In this document: piece by piece, positions 38,675 through 50,975 of the stretch | How the letters are laid out: every line of letters begins with the position of its first letter | Numbering within the stretch: position 1 is the stretch's first letter | IMG/VR virus record: IMGVR_UViG_3300028591_000083 | Location: 32,001-96,000 of that record | DNA from: a virus | Taxonomy: Duplodnaviria; Caudoviricetes | Strand: one strand, 5' to 3' | Length of the DNA stretch: 64,000 bases | Notes under the pieces: generated by a model | Told to the model about the DNA's origin: nothing | Database searches by the model: none | What the model saw: only the letters and a program-made list of their open reading frames with translations | Program-made: the position numbers and the translations under genes

Positions 38675-41430
38675 TTATTGAATTCTCTCAATATTTTTTA
38701 AGATAGCACCGAATTTAGAAACAGAATCAGTAATGAAATCTTTGATGCTTTTCTCGGCTTTTAAGTATTCCTCATTAGTAAGGTTTCCTTTCTCTACTCG
38801 CAAAATTTCAGAAAGGAGTTTAATGTTCTGCGACAACATCAAAAGCTCACAAGCATCTTTTTCACGGTTACTGAAAATTATAAAATCGTTCATATTCCTC
38901 TCCTTATCTATTAAACCAAATTACATAAGGATATTTGTTTCTAAGTTCTTTAATCTCATTAGGAAGTTCAATTATTCCGGCGCAGAGGTCACTTGAATCT
39001 ATATCATCAATATCCAAACCATTATCAAAACATTCACATTCAAGAATAAGATAAAGATCATCCGGATCTATTGAAACATTCGTTTCATTTTCTCCGTCAT
39101 GGAAATGTCCACCGCCATCATAAGATGTGATAACCTTATCAATTACATATTCCAGAAACTTACTGAATGTGTAGACCTTACCTTCTGTTTCAGCTTGTAC
39201 TTGTTCAATCGTTTTCATTTTTCACTTTCCTCCTTAAGCATAGTCTCAAATGATCTAATTTCATCATCAACATAAAAATCGGTCATGTCGTAGTTAAGAG
39301 ATTTTCTAAGTTTATATAGTTGAAATCCTACATAATCACATTCTCCCTCTTTATCCCGAAGAAGATTTTTATAAAACTCAACACATTTATTAAGTGAATA
39401 AACTTCCATTGCAAGTGTTTCGATAATATATAAAAGAGATCCACTTTTTCCATTATTGTGAAAAACTACTTTTCTTACTCCTTCTTTGTTAAAACGCTCA
39501 ACTTTAGTTAAAATGTTAAAAACTTCTTCGCGTGTAATTGTTTCTGTTTTATCCATGTATCATTCCTCCAAATATTCGATACGTTTGATTTTCTTTACGT
39601 CTGTCTCAACGTCAGTGATTGAAATTTCAATGGTTTGATTTCCATCGTAGTAGTCGTATACATGTCCATGTTCCCAGTAATCTTGAAGAACATCATCTAT
39701 GAGTGGAATCACCACTTCGTCAACAACATAATTCTTTTCGCCATATCTACCGCAGTTATTTTTGATGGTGTTCAAAAATTCAACGGCTTCTTCCGACCGA
39801 TCAAACACCCGTATTGCAGAATACGAATAATCCTCAATTTTTGTATATTCATAAAATTCCTGATCGAAATATCTTGAAACATGATTCTGGAGAAATTTGC
39901 TATTGAAGTAAAAATCTCCGTCTGTATAAATCGAAAACTCGACAACAGTTAATTTCTTCATATAATCACCTCAATAACTCAAATCACTTGTATTTGTATT
40001 ACACCATTGAACTGTTTTAATAAGAATGCCAATAAGCCATGTTTTTCTTTCTTCTTGTGTTTTCGCGGATAATTCATGTACTTCAGATTCTAACAGATCA
40101 CAAACTACTCCTTCAACCAGGTATCTGTAATAAAGAGTTCCGTCACCTTCTGAATTATAAAAATATCCGGTTGTAATAAGGTCAAATCCTGTTTTCTGTT
40201 TTTCTTTTGCCGCTTGATAAATAAGTTCATATTTGGTATTATAGAGTTGCAGTCTTGGAAGTTTCATTTTATTTACCTCCTACATTCATCATGTAAACTG
40301 AATATGTCTGTTTTCATAGTCTGCCAGTTTTGTGTTTGCTTTGTCAAGTTCTTTACAGATTTCAAGATACTTGATCTTTGTTCTTGCTGCTTTGAGCTTG
40401 ATATCAAACCACTGCACGATTTCCGGATCACTAAGATAAACCTTAATATCATCAGGAATAGTACCATCAATAAAATACTTTGTTATTGTCTTATCTGTGC
40501 CATCTTTCGCAAGCTCCGCGATCAGCTTAGACATCTTGTTATACACCTTTGCATACATATTAGTCATAATTATTTCTCCTTTCTTAAAGTAACGAAAATA
40601 TCAAACTCACCAGAAGGTTTAACATCTACTACATCACAATCATTAAAACGGTGATCACAGACTTGATACTTTGCAGCATAATTCTTATCAAAAACAAAAG
40701 TATCGTTTTCAAATGTTATATAAACAAATGTATATGGTGTATATTTGTTAATAAGATCCTTGAATTTCATATTTAACTACCTCCGTATTATAAAATTTTT
40801 ACTAACTCACATTCTTCTTTTAGTTAGATGTTGACAAACTTATTATAATATTCACAAGCATTCTCAAATGCTTTCTGCCTTGTTTTTGCATAACCAAAAC
40901 CAGCATTAGAACGAATATAGTCATTTTGACAAGGTGAATATCTTATTTCAATAATACTCCAGTAATAACCAAGGTCTATATCTTGTTTTGTGAAAACTTC
41001 AATCACATAATCGTTTCTCATTGTAAATAACACCTCATCAAAGTATAATTTTTTCTTCGGTAAAAACATTAACAACCTCTGCTCCTACACCAAACGCACT
41101 TCTCATCTCATATAGTTCTTCTTCTGTATAAACATGGTTTTTCATTCTTTCCTTATAGTTGTTGAGTTCTTCTGCTACTTGTGCATCTCTCATTGCAGCA
41201 TGACGATCAATATCAATAAGATCTGCATATTTGCTATGAAGAAGAACTTCCATGATATCTTCCATAAGGTAAGACCCATTTGTACTACATTTAGCAGCTC
41301 CGTTTTCAATAATCAATTCGCCGGTTTCGTAATCTTTTTCAATTTTATTGATTCTGGAAAGAGCATCGTTCTTCCAATAATCCCCAAACAAACCTTTAAG
41401 TTCTCTTACAAATCTGCTTTCCTTTTTCAT
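38675..41430 (-). other. Early cassette of small hypothetical CDSs: 38675-38893, 38904-39218, 39215-39556, 39560-39961, 39971-40267, 40289-40567, 40570-40770, 40824-41075, 41038-41430
   Basis: Coupled ORFs with SDs downstream of promoter 41469-41503. Confidence 0.7.
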
Positions 41431-41468
41431 AATATGCCCTCCTATTCATTATGGTTACTTCCTCTTAC

Positions 41469-41503
41469 AAATATAGTATAACATATTTTATCTGAAATGT
41501 CAA
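41469..41503 (-). promoter_or_regulatory. Conserved phage early promoter
   Basis: TTGACA-17-TATACT + ATATTT; terminator-like hairpin ~41520-41567. Confidence 0.85.
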
Positions 41504-41582
41504 TAGGAAATAATAAAAAATATCACACAAACATAGCAGAAAATAATCAACTATATTTGTGTGATATTACTAAATTACGAAT

Positions 41583-41942
41583 TCATATCCATTCAAGATA
41601 AAATGTTTTTGAGTCCATAAATGATGGAAATTTTGATAGATCAAAAAGAAATGGATGTCTCGAATAAGTTCTGATATATTCTTTCAGGTATAAATCAAGA
41701 AACCGCACGAATTCTTCTTTATTCATATGTATTTGCATATCTGGCGAAATATACGATTTGTTATCTGAAAGATAGTCATAAAGCTCACCTCTTTCAACGC
41801 CGTACATATATCCAATTTCATCGTGTGTCTCAACAAGAAATTCTATAAATTCGTGTTTTTCGTTTTCATTCACATATCCAAGAAGTTTTCCAAGATTCAT
41901 CGTTTCTTTTTTATCGTTCGTTACAATTAAACAAATTCCCAT
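41583..41942 (-). CDS. Hypothetical protein
   Basis: GGAGG SD. Confidence 0.7.
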   Translation of the reverse strand: MGICLIVTNDKKETMNLGKLLGYVNENEKHEFIEFLVETHDEIGYMYGVERGELYDYLSDNKSYISPDMQIHMNKEEFVRFLDLYLKEYIRTYSRHPFLFDLSKFPSFMDSKTFYLEWI

Positions 41943-41963
41943 AATAATCCTCCAAAAATATAA

Positions 41964-42788
41964 TTAGTAATTTCTAAGTTGATCAATCAAAACAAAAACA
42001 GTCATATTCACATTCGGGTTGATTGAGTGTAAATATCGTTTCATTTCTTTTATAGTAGAACCTGATGTAATGAAATCATCACAAATTAAAGCCTCAGTTC
42101 CGGATTCCATTGCTTCAAATATCTTTCGATGTTCATCAGTATCGAATTTCAAGAAGTTATAAAATCCTTCTCGCGCAATAACAGGAAGAAATCGTTTGAT
42201 CTTAAACAACTCTCCATTTTTCTTCATATTGTAAAAAACTCTTTCAACAGATCTAACAGCTCGTTCCGCCGATACTTCATCACTGTATTTGTCAGTTTGC
42301 ATCAAAAGTCGTTTTGCTTTATCTCTATCAAATCGGATATTTTCATATGTATCTTTTACAAGTTTGATGTCGAGAAATTTTCCATTCGTATATTCAAGCA
42401 TTAAACTATCCAATATCGCCATAACACCGTCTGTCTTTATATCAGAGAAATCTGTCATAAAAACAATATCGAATGAATCTAGTTTTTTATAAGCATCCAT
42501 ATGAAGCATTCCAATCTCAATGAAGTCAAAAATGCTATCTTCATAAAAATATACAGGATCGTTATAGTTGTGTTTAAATAACTTTCTGAATTCTTTGATG
42601 TCTTTTTGATTTGCTTCCGGATTAAACTTGTATGCATAGAAATATGTAAGACCATTTGCTGTCTTAATTCCACTTTCATCAGTAGATAAATGTAGAATAT
42701 CTGTGTTCAGATCTTTTGTGTAGTCAAAATCATATTTTCCTTCAAAGTTCTTAGATATGCCATCTTTTATAACCACATTATTCACCAC
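41964..42788 (-). CDS. Phosphoribosyltransferase-fold protein
   Basis: PRPP-binding loop ALICDDFITSGSTIKE; promoter TTGACA-17-TACACT at 42807-42835. Confidence 0.75.
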   Translation of the reverse strand: MVNNVVIKDGISKNFEGKYDFDYTKDLNTDILHLSTDESGIKTANGLTYFYAYKFNPEANQKDIKEFRKLFKHNYNDPVYFYEDSIFDFIEIGMLHMDAYKKLDSFDIVFMTDFSDIKTDGVMAILDSLMLEYTNGKFLDIKLVKDTYENIRFDRDKAKRLLMQTDKYSDEVSAERAVRSVERVFYNMKKNGELFKIKRFLPVIAREGFYNFLKFDTDEHRKIFEAMESGTEALICDDFITSGSTIKEMKRYLHSINPNVNMTVFVLIDQLRNY

Positions 42789-42899
42789 CTAAAATATTTC
42801 AATTACAGTGTAACACAGAAACAATAATTTGTCAATATGTAATCATCCACAAATAAGACATTTATTTTCAATGCTTACTTATGGATGATTACTAAATTA

Positions 42900-45800
42900 T
42901 TATTCCTCTATATCCGCCATAGCTTCTTCAATAAATTTCTTTATATTAGATACATTAGCGATCTTAATAAGGTTTCCATCTTCATCCTGAACAACAAGAG
43001 TTGGTGCTTGATTGATATCAAATTTTCTAGCAGTTTCCATATCCTGATCTGCGACTACAAGATCATATACAAAATCATATTCTGCTAATAACTGTTTTAC
43101 TATTTTACAGTTAGGGCAGGTTGATGTTGTAAATAGAATAGGTCTTTCTAGTTTAATATCTTCTGGTTCATTTACTTCTTGTTCTTTTGTTTGAACTGGT
43201 GTGCTTTTGAATTCACGGGAGAAATTAGTGTATTCTTTTCTATCCTTAAACTCATGAGCTTTACCATCATTAAAGTTTTGAACAGCTCTATAATATCCGG
43301 TAACACGACTATACACTTCTGTATCTCTTCCGCAATGAGGACATTTCCACTGTTCTCCGACAAGATATCCATGTTCTTGACAAATAGAATATGTTGGGGA
43401 GAATGTAACATATTGTAGTTTATAATTCTCAACAATCTTTCTAGTAAGATTCATAGCAGCTTGCCAAGAAGGAAGTTTCTCACCTAAGAAAGCATGAAAT
43501 ACAGTTCCTCCGGTATACCTAGTCTGTAACTCGTCCTGATGATCTAATGCTTCAAATATATCATCTGTATAACCTACTGGAAGATTGGAACTATTCGTGT
43601 AATAAGGTGCCCCTTCTGTTTTATCTCCGGCTGTTATAATATCTGGAAAGTCCTTTTTGTCGTGAGATGCAAATCTATGTGTAACTCCTTCTGCTGGAGT
43701 TGCTTCAAAGTTGTAAAGATCGCCGTACTGCTCTTGATAATCGGAAAGTTTATTTCTCATAAAATCTAAGACTTCTTTTGTGAACTTATAACCTTCCGAA
43801 GAAACTATGGAATCTTTAATCCAGTTTGCGTTCAAACAACACTCGTTCATACCAACAATTCCAATAGTAGAGAAATGATCATTAAAAGATCCAAGGTATC
43901 TCTTTGTATACGGATACAAACCCTGATCTAAATACTGTGTTATAACATTTCTTTTTATTTTAAGACTTCTTGCAGCAATATCCATTAACTTTGTCAAACG
44001 TGAGTAGAATTCATCTTTTGTTTTCGATGTATATGCCAATCTAGGCATATTTATTGTTACAACACCAATAGATCCTGTGTTATCTCCACTTCCAAAATAA
44101 CCACCTGACTTTCTTCTAAGTTCACGGAGATCAAGACGAAGACGACAACACATTGCTCTCACCGAATCTGGCTGTAGGTCACTATTGATATAGTTGCTAA
44201 AATATGGAATTCCATATTTTGCTGTCATCTCAAAAAGAAGTTTATTATTTGGAGATTCAGTATCCCAGTCAAAATCTTTTGTTATTGAGTAAGTAGGTAT
44301 TGGATAGGCGAAAGAACGACCATCTTCATCACCATTTAACATTACTTCAATGAACGCCTTATTTATCATATCCATTTCACGTTTACAATCTTTATATTTG
44401 AAATCTACTTCTTTTCCGCCAACAATGCAGTTCATCTCTGCAAGATCATCTGGAACTGTCCAATCTAAAGTGAAGTTTGTGAATGGAGGTTGACATTGAC
44501 CTGAGATAAATACACAACCATTCTCTCTGAATACTGCTGTTCCATTATCAACACTCGGACACCAGACGGTACCAGAGTAATCAACTTCCTCTCTTGATGT
44601 TGGGTATATGCTATTTACTTTCCTTATCTTTACATAATTTGTTGTTTTGCCAGATTTTAATTCGTCTTTAACTATATAAGAACATCTTCCTGATAGGACT
44701 GCTATTTGTTGAAGCTGATCTCTTATTACATCATTATCATATTGACAAAGTTGTTTGTCTTCATCTCCGTCAAATGATGCCCATATATGCAAAAAAAGTT
44801 CTGCTTGTGACTTACTCATTTTCATAAATTTTGAATCAATGCTTGTTTTATTTCCGCATAGATCAACAATAAATCTTGCACTATCTCCGTATAAGGTATA
44901 TTTATTTACCTTACCGAAAGCACTGTCTATACAATCAAAACTATATTTAAGTCCGAGTGAATTTAATACGTAAGAAAGCTCCTCATTTCCAAACCGATTC
45001 GGTGATTTATATATTGTAACTTTATGAATCACTCCGTTTCTAAAATCAAAGGAACCATCTGTATATACCATAGCAGCTAACGTAATTAGGTCATCGTTCA
45101 GTTCATTATTGTTTATTTCTGAACTGTTGAAAGAAAGCGGCAGCGCATAAGGCGTTTTAACATTAAATATTTCTTCGCTGCGTTTAATTACACACTCATT
45201 TGAATTATGTTTTCTAACAAGAACTCTGTGATCAGGAGTTACTGTCTGAATATAATTTCTTCCGCGATATGAATGCAACTTTCCAGAGAATTCTTTTATT
45301 ACAACTTTATTTACTGTATTTAGTTCAAGTCTTCCGTCTTTGAATGTATATATTCTGTCTCCTTCTTTTAATTCGTCATATTTCTTAAATCCGTTTTCAG
45401 ATAAAACCTCTGTATTTGTGCTGACACACCCCCACCTAGATGGCGTATTAAGACCAAACACCAAGGATTGAATACATTGATATACTTCTTTGTAAGAAAG
45501 ATTATCAACTTTTACAAATGGTGCTAATAGTGTATCAACAGAATTAAACGCTTGTGCCCCTGACCACTCAAGCGACATCGTACCCAAAAAGTTTATCATT
45601 TGATTACACAGAGTTGAAAGATGTTTTGCTGGTGCTGATGATATTTTTCTAGGTACTCCACCGAAACCTTCTTTGATAAGTGTTTTCAATGACCATCCTG
45701 CGCAATTATGAACAAAGATATCTCCTTCAATTAAGAAGTTATGATATTTAGGAACAGTTAAATCATATACTGGAATTGATTTATCCAGTTTAACAATTTT

Positions 45801-46769
45801 AGATTCTTTTAATTGTACGTGGTATTCGTTGTATCCTCCGCCAATATCATATTCTAAACCAACCACATTATCATTTTCGCAGAGTTCTGATGCCTTTACA
45901 TATGAATACTCTGATCCAGATGATGAAACTTTTTCTACAAGATACGGATGATCTAGTGTTGATTTTATTGTAATATCTCCATAACAAAGTGTGTGGAATG
46001 TCAATTCTATTACTTCGTCAACATATCTTGTAACTCTGATATCATCTGCCTGTACTACTTCAAATTCATCTTCTTTTCCGGTATGTGCAATGACATACGG
46101 TTTTTTTCGTCCTGACTTAATAAGATCCTCGAACGAAACAAATTCACTATAATCAATTCTTTCATCGTAGATGTTAGTATAAGATTCAATATAATCTTTC
46201 TCAAACTCTTGCTTTATTACAGCTACCTTTGTATCTCCTGTAAAACAATAACCTGATAACATTGAAAGATCATGAATATGCATATCACAGTTTCTATGGG
46301 CGTTTGCAATTTCTTCATCATAAATTTCAGAAAGCCAATAGTTTGCTGTTACAGCTCCGGAGTTTCCTAAAATAAGACCGCCGAGAGAATAATCAATACT
46401 TGAATTTTCTTTCACACGCCAGTCAGATTTATCAATGTAACTCTCAATAACATTCTTATAATTCAATAAAGTATCTTTAGCATTTCTAACTCTTTCGTGT
46501 TGTTTTCTATATAGGATATATGCTTTTGCTACATCTTCATATCCATAAGTCATTAGGACTTTTTCTACGCTGTCTTGAATATCTTCTACACTCAGTACAT
46601 TGTCTTTTATTTTTGTTTCTGCATCTGCTACTGATTTTATTGATATTGTTTCTATGATTGATTCTTGATAATTTCTATTACATGAATCAAAGGTTCTTTT
46701 GATTGCTGATTTGATTTTTGATAGTTCAAATAATTCTAATTCTCCGCTGCGTTTCTTAATTTGGTACAT
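42900..46769 (-). CDS. nrdD: Anaerobic ribonucleoside-triphosphate reductase with ATP cone, two inteins and C-terminal glutaredoxin-like domain
   Basis: IKKRSG ATP cone, HIHDL, RAMCCRL, TGSIGVVTINMPR, EATPAEG, YSRVTGYYR glycyl loop, CPNC Grx. Confidence 0.97.
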   Translation of the reverse strand: MYQIKKRSGELELFELSKIKSAIKRTFDSCNRNYQESIIETISIKSVADAETKIKDNVLSVEDIQDSVEKVLMTYGYEDVAKAYILYRKQHERVRNAKDTLLNYKNVIESYIDKSDWRVKENSSIDYSLGGLILGNSGAVTANYWLSEIYDEEIANAHRNCDMHIHDLSMLSGYCFTGDTKVAVIKQEFEKDYIESYTNIYDERIDYSEFVSFEDLIKSGRKKPYVIAHTGKEDEFEVVQADDIRVTRYVDEVIELTFHTLCYGDITIKSTLDHPYLVEKVSSSGSEYSYVKASELCENDNVVGLEYDIGGGYNEYHVQLKESKIVKLDKSIPVYDLTVPKYHNFLIEGDIFVHNCAGWSLKTLIKEGFGGVPRKISSAPAKHLSTLCNQMINFLGTMSLEWSGAQAFNSVDTLLAPFVKVDNLSYKEVYQCIQSLVFGLNTPSRWGCVSTNTEVLSENGFKKYDELKEGDRIYTFKDGRLELNTVNKVVIKEFSGKLHSYRGRNYIQTVTPDHRVLVRKHNSNECVIKRSEEIFNVKTPYALPLSFNSSEINNNELNDDLITLAAMVYTDGSFDFRNGVIHKVTIYKSPNRFGNEELSYVLNSLGLKYSFDCIDSAFGKVNKYTLYGDSARFIVDLCGNKTSIDSKFMKMSKSQAELFLHIWASFDGDEDKQLCQYDNDVIRDQLQQIAVLSGRCSYIVKDELKSGKTTNYVKIRKVNSIYPTSREEVDYSGTVWCPSVDNGTAVFRENGCVFISGQCQPPFTNFTLDWTVPDDLAEMNCIVGGKEVDFKYKDCKREMDMINKAFIEVMLNGDEDGRSFAYPIPTYSITKDFDWDTESPNNKLLFEMTAKYGIPYFSNYINSDLQPDSVRAMCCRLRLDLRELRRKSGGYFGSGDNTGSIGVVTINMPRLAYTSKTKDEFYSRLTKLMDIAARSLKIKRNVITQYLDQGLYPYTKRYLGSFNDHFSTIGIVGMNECCLNANWIKDSIVSSEGYKFTKEVLDFMRNKLSDYQEQYGDLYNFEATPAEGVTHRFASHDKKDFPDIITAGDKTEGAPYYTNSSNLPVGYTDDIFEALDHQDELQTRYTGGTVFHAFLGEKLPSWQAAMNLTRKIVENYKLQYVTFSPTYSICQEHGYLVGEQWKCPHCGRDTEVYSRVTGYYRAVQNFNDGKAHEFKDRKEYTNFSREFKSTPVQTKEQEVNEPEDIKLERPILFTTSTCPNCKIVKQLLAEYDFVYDLVVADQDMETARKFDINQAPTLVVQDEDGNLIKIANVSNIKKFIEEAMADIEE
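44496..45428 (-). mobile_element. Intein 2 in NrdD (311 aa, LAGLIDADG, Gln-terminated)
   Basis: SRWG|CVSTNTEVL..VTPDHRV..LAAMVYTDGS..WASFDG..VFISGQ|CQPPF. Confidence 0.85.
45705..46247 (-). mobile_element. Intein 1 in NrdD (181 aa mini-intein)
   Basis: SGY|CFTGDTKV..STLDHPY..VYDLTV..HNF..IFVHN|CAGWS. Confidence 0.92.
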
Positions 46770-46966
46770 GGTGAAAACTTCCTCTCTTTGAAAAATTTTT
46801 GTTATCCCTCCACAAGCATCCCGTTTAGGATGTACTGATAGAGTTGGAATAAGAATAATATTTCCACCGCTTTTTTGGAATAAAAATCAAGTTAAAATAG
46901 ATTCTACTATTCCTACAAAAAGTAATGGAAATATTCTAAGTATATTTTATTGGAAAAGTATAAATT

Positions 46967-46982
46967 TAACTATATGTAGTAT
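46967..46982. promoter_or_regulatory. Putative NrdR box upstream of nrdD
   Basis: taACTATATGTAGTat versus consensus acaCwAtATaTwGtgt. Confidence 0.5.
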
Positions 46983-47001
46983 TCGTATATTCTTTTATGT
47001 A

Positions 47002-50000
47002 CTAAATATAGTTCAAATAGTCTTTATCCTCAGTTATCCGGAGTTCCATTTTAGCTGTTGCAATCTCAAATTCAAGATCAGAAATTTCACGCTGTAAAGC
47101 CGAAATATTGTCTGCGTAATCTGATTTGAATTTGTCTATCTTATCTTGGAACAGAAGTCTCTTACTGTTTAGCTTTGCAATTTTTTCGTTCAATGCATTG
47201 ATAGCTTCTTGTTTATTATTTTGTGCTTCTGCTTCTTTATCTGAGTCGTATTCTTCTTCATAGTCGCCGTACTGAGCAATCGTTCTTTCCACGAAATCAC
47301 AAAGAGATTTTAACTCACTTACATTCCAGTTATTCGTGACTTCTTTTCTATCATATCTACTAATGTCATGTGTTTTAAATTTCATCAAAACATAACAGTT
47401 ACCAATTATAAGTACATATGTACTATCACAGTATGCTTCTGTGCATAATGTGAGTGTTTTCTTATTTTCCATATTTTTGTCATATAGTGTCCAATTTATC
47501 TCTTTGAGAACTTTAGATTTAATAAGTGATCCACCGAAATTTAAAGTTGTACCTTCAATCCGATCAATCCATTTGTCAACAGCTTTCTCAACGTATTCAA
47601 AGAAACCCTTATCATACTTAATGTTCATTTCTTATCCTCCTTATTCATACTAAGAACAGCATTCATTTCTTCTTTTACTGCCAAATCTAATTCTACATTT
47701 AGCAGTTCTATTTTAACGGCATTCTTTTCTGAATCTTTCTTCAGTTCTTCAATTCGCCTCTGAATATCACACTTCTGGTGCATCCAGAATAAATGAAGAT
47801 CATAAGGGCTTAATTTATTTTTGTCTAACTTACTTGTATCCATTTATTACCTCCACTCTACATCATAGATAATTTTTAGATGTGCTTTCTTTGACCAATC
47901 AAAAAATGTTCCACACCTATCACAAGCAATTTCATTTTCTCCAAGTTTCTTATTGCAAGTCGGGCAAGAATAACTTACATAGTAGTGGTCATCTTTGCCG
48001 TCATTTCCAAATGAATATTTCGCCTCTGCTTTGGGTCTAACTTTTTCAGGAATTTTGTATTCCATGTTATCACCTTTCTTTCTTTAATTCATTCTTTATT
48101 TTATTCGCCAATTCTCTAACTTCATCATCTGTCATAGAATCAATATATGGCTCAATCTCTTTTTTAATAATGTTTAATTTATAATCTAGCTCTTTCTTAG
48201 CTGCGACTATCTCTACATGGTACTCATGAAATCTAGTTCTTGCAATATCTATAAAATTTTCAAGTTCACATTCTTTCCATGTGTATGTAAAATAACTATG
48301 ACCAAAATGTGTATATGGAGATATATTTGGAATGCAATTAACTGTAAATTTATTCTTACAGGTGCTAATCAGAAGCATCTCGTCATAGCTATTTCCAATA
48401 TAAATGTTTATAAAGTCATTATTATCACTGTCTTTGAGAATAGCTACGGTAACTTTTCTATCAGATAACCAAACTGTAGATTTATTATATTTTTGATTTG
48501 TGCAAATAAATCGTTCACCAGTTTGTCCAATATCAAAAAGATAGTCTCGAATATCCAATGTTATATTATTGAATAATTCAAGAACATCGTTATTTACATC
48601 AATCATTTATACGCTCCTTATAGTCTTTCCATGCTTCTTCGTTTTCAATATAAGAGAATTCTTCTATTTCGTCAATAGGAATAATTGCAATAACGTCTAC
48701 ATCTGATTGACCCTCATTCCAGTCAAATTCTTCTATAAGTTCTCCATCCTCAGTTGTTATAAGTAGTTTTATGTATTTATATTTGTCTGTATCCGCATAT
48801 CTTTGACGAAGAAGCACAAGCACAGATTCAAAAATGCCTTTACTATCCATATATTTAATAATAGTATTACAAACATAATTTTGTGCTTCGTGAAAATCTT
48901 TGAATTTCATAATCTATTATCCTCCTATCCTTATTTTCTTTAACAAGCTCCATAGTCACGGATCAATCCTTGTCTGATATCTTCTGCCTGTTCATCTGAG
49001 ATAAGAGTTCCATCATAACGAACTGAGAAATTTTTAAGAAGTTCTGGCTTTACTGTATTTTCAAAATAATCAGTACATATATCATCTACACATTCCGGCA
49101 TGAATGAAGCATTTACTGTAACTCTCATTCTGAAAATATCAGTAAGTGTTTTGCTAGATCTAAGTAGGCAAAATTCTACTGATTGAATAAGATTATCTTT
49201 CTGTTTTAGATCCTTCTCCATTTCAGAAAAGGACTTTTTGAAGAATTCGCTCGGTTTCCTCGCAAAACCAAGAGTGAAGATTTCAAACATTCTATCTGGT
49301 ACTGTAAACTGGGTTTCAATTAGTTTAGAAATAGCCGTAGAGAATTCATATTCATAGTCTTTTTTAATCATCTATATTATCCTTCCAATAACTTAAAAAT
49401 AGTCTAGGCATTTTACAAGTTCTGATTTTTCCGAACATATCTTTTCAATCTTATCAAAATATTCCGCTTCATTATTATCTTCGGTTTTATAATAAGGTGG
49501 TGGAACACAATAATCATAAAAATCTTCCCAAGGATGAACGTGATTAAAACAGATATCTTCCGCATCTGCTAATATTTGATCTTTAGTTAGATACGAACAA
49601 TTATTGTAAAGATCAGTATAACACTCTATAAATTCTTGTTCTGTGAGATTGCATTTGATTGGTAAACAGGATACAGTAGAGAAACAGCACAAAAGTCCAT
49701 TCGGCTGTTTAATTGCAATAGTTGCCATTTGTTTTCTTCCTCCTGTCAAACATTCAATTTTGTATAGTCCGGAATCTTGAGAGTTGACGGAATATAATCG
49801 ACAATATCTTTTTCACAAATAAGCATTCAAGAAACCATCCTACTCAAAAAACCTGAGTGATTGCATAACTGGAAATTCTACCGAGCCAAACATCTCCATC
49901 AAGCCTATTGACAGTTATTCTATAATCGCTTGCTGAAATTTCATATGTGGTTAGAATCCTTTCGGTTCCGTTTTCATCTTTTACATATTCAATAACTTCA

Positions 50001-50770
50001 AAGATCATTTTTTTACTCTCCTCTTACTTTACTTGGTTATAGGTTTTTCCGAAAGAATTATGTTCGACATCTTATGTCCGCAAATAGAACAATAACATTC
50101 TCTGCGTAATGACTTATCCTGAATATATGACTTTTCATCACAATAAGAACATCTAATATCTCCGTTCTCATCAAAATACCAATCTGTTTCAACAACATCA
50201 ACATTCACATGAAACAATGTTATAAAATCCTTTAACGTAAAATTATCTGATTCTTTTGCTTCTTCAAATGTCATTGTATCTTCTCGGTATGAGATGTTTG
50301 TATAAAACGAAATGTCAGGGATATTTGGAATGCACTTACCGTCTTGCCATCTATGTTCTTTTTCGTACTTATCCTTATACGCCATCATTTCTTCTTCTGT
50401 AAGAAACCACTTGTGTTGTACCCTTATACGCTGATAGATTTCTGTTTCAAAGATAGTTAATCTATAAAGATTCATCTTAAATCAACCTCCAGAAGTCAAT
50501 AAATGAATTGAAAACATCATTCTCCATCATTTTCTTATGATTATTTTTAAGTGTTGTTGTTCCATCAGCTTCATTTTTCTGTTCAAGTTGGCATTCCAGT
50601 CTTGCACATCTTGCTCTAAGTTTTTCGTGTTCACAGTCTCTATAATTCCGCTCTAGTTCAGATAACCTTTCTTTTAGTTCATCAATTTCTTCTTTGATCT
50701 TCATACACTCGTGCGACCAATAAAGTTCTTCTGTAACAAGAGCATCAATTTTTGAATATTCCATAATCAT
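47002..50770 (-). other. Early cassette of small hypothetical CDSs: 47002-47628, 47625-47843, 47847-48065 (Zn ribbon), 48070-48606, 48599-48910, 48940-49371, 49393-49728, 50029-50475 (Zn ribbon), 50477-50770
   Basis: Coupled ORFs with SDs downstream of promoter 50869-50903. Confidence 0.7.
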
Positions 50771-50868
50771 TTACCTCCATTAACTTGTTTAAAGGCTTCA
50801 TAAAAATTTTTGAAATTTTCAAATGTTGCCATTTCTAATTCATTCAATCCTATAAATTACTAACCCAC

Positions 50869-50903
50869 AAATATAGTATAACATATATTAGTGCTTTTGT
50901 CAA
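50869..50903 (-). promoter_or_regulatory. Conserved phage early promoter
   Basis: TTGACA-17-TATACT + ATATTT; terminator ~50938-50967. Confidence 0.85.
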
Positions 50904-50975
50904 GTGATTTCAAATAAGTTTTTTCATTTAAGATATAAAAATCCTCAATCTGTTGACTGAGGATTTTGTGTAAAA

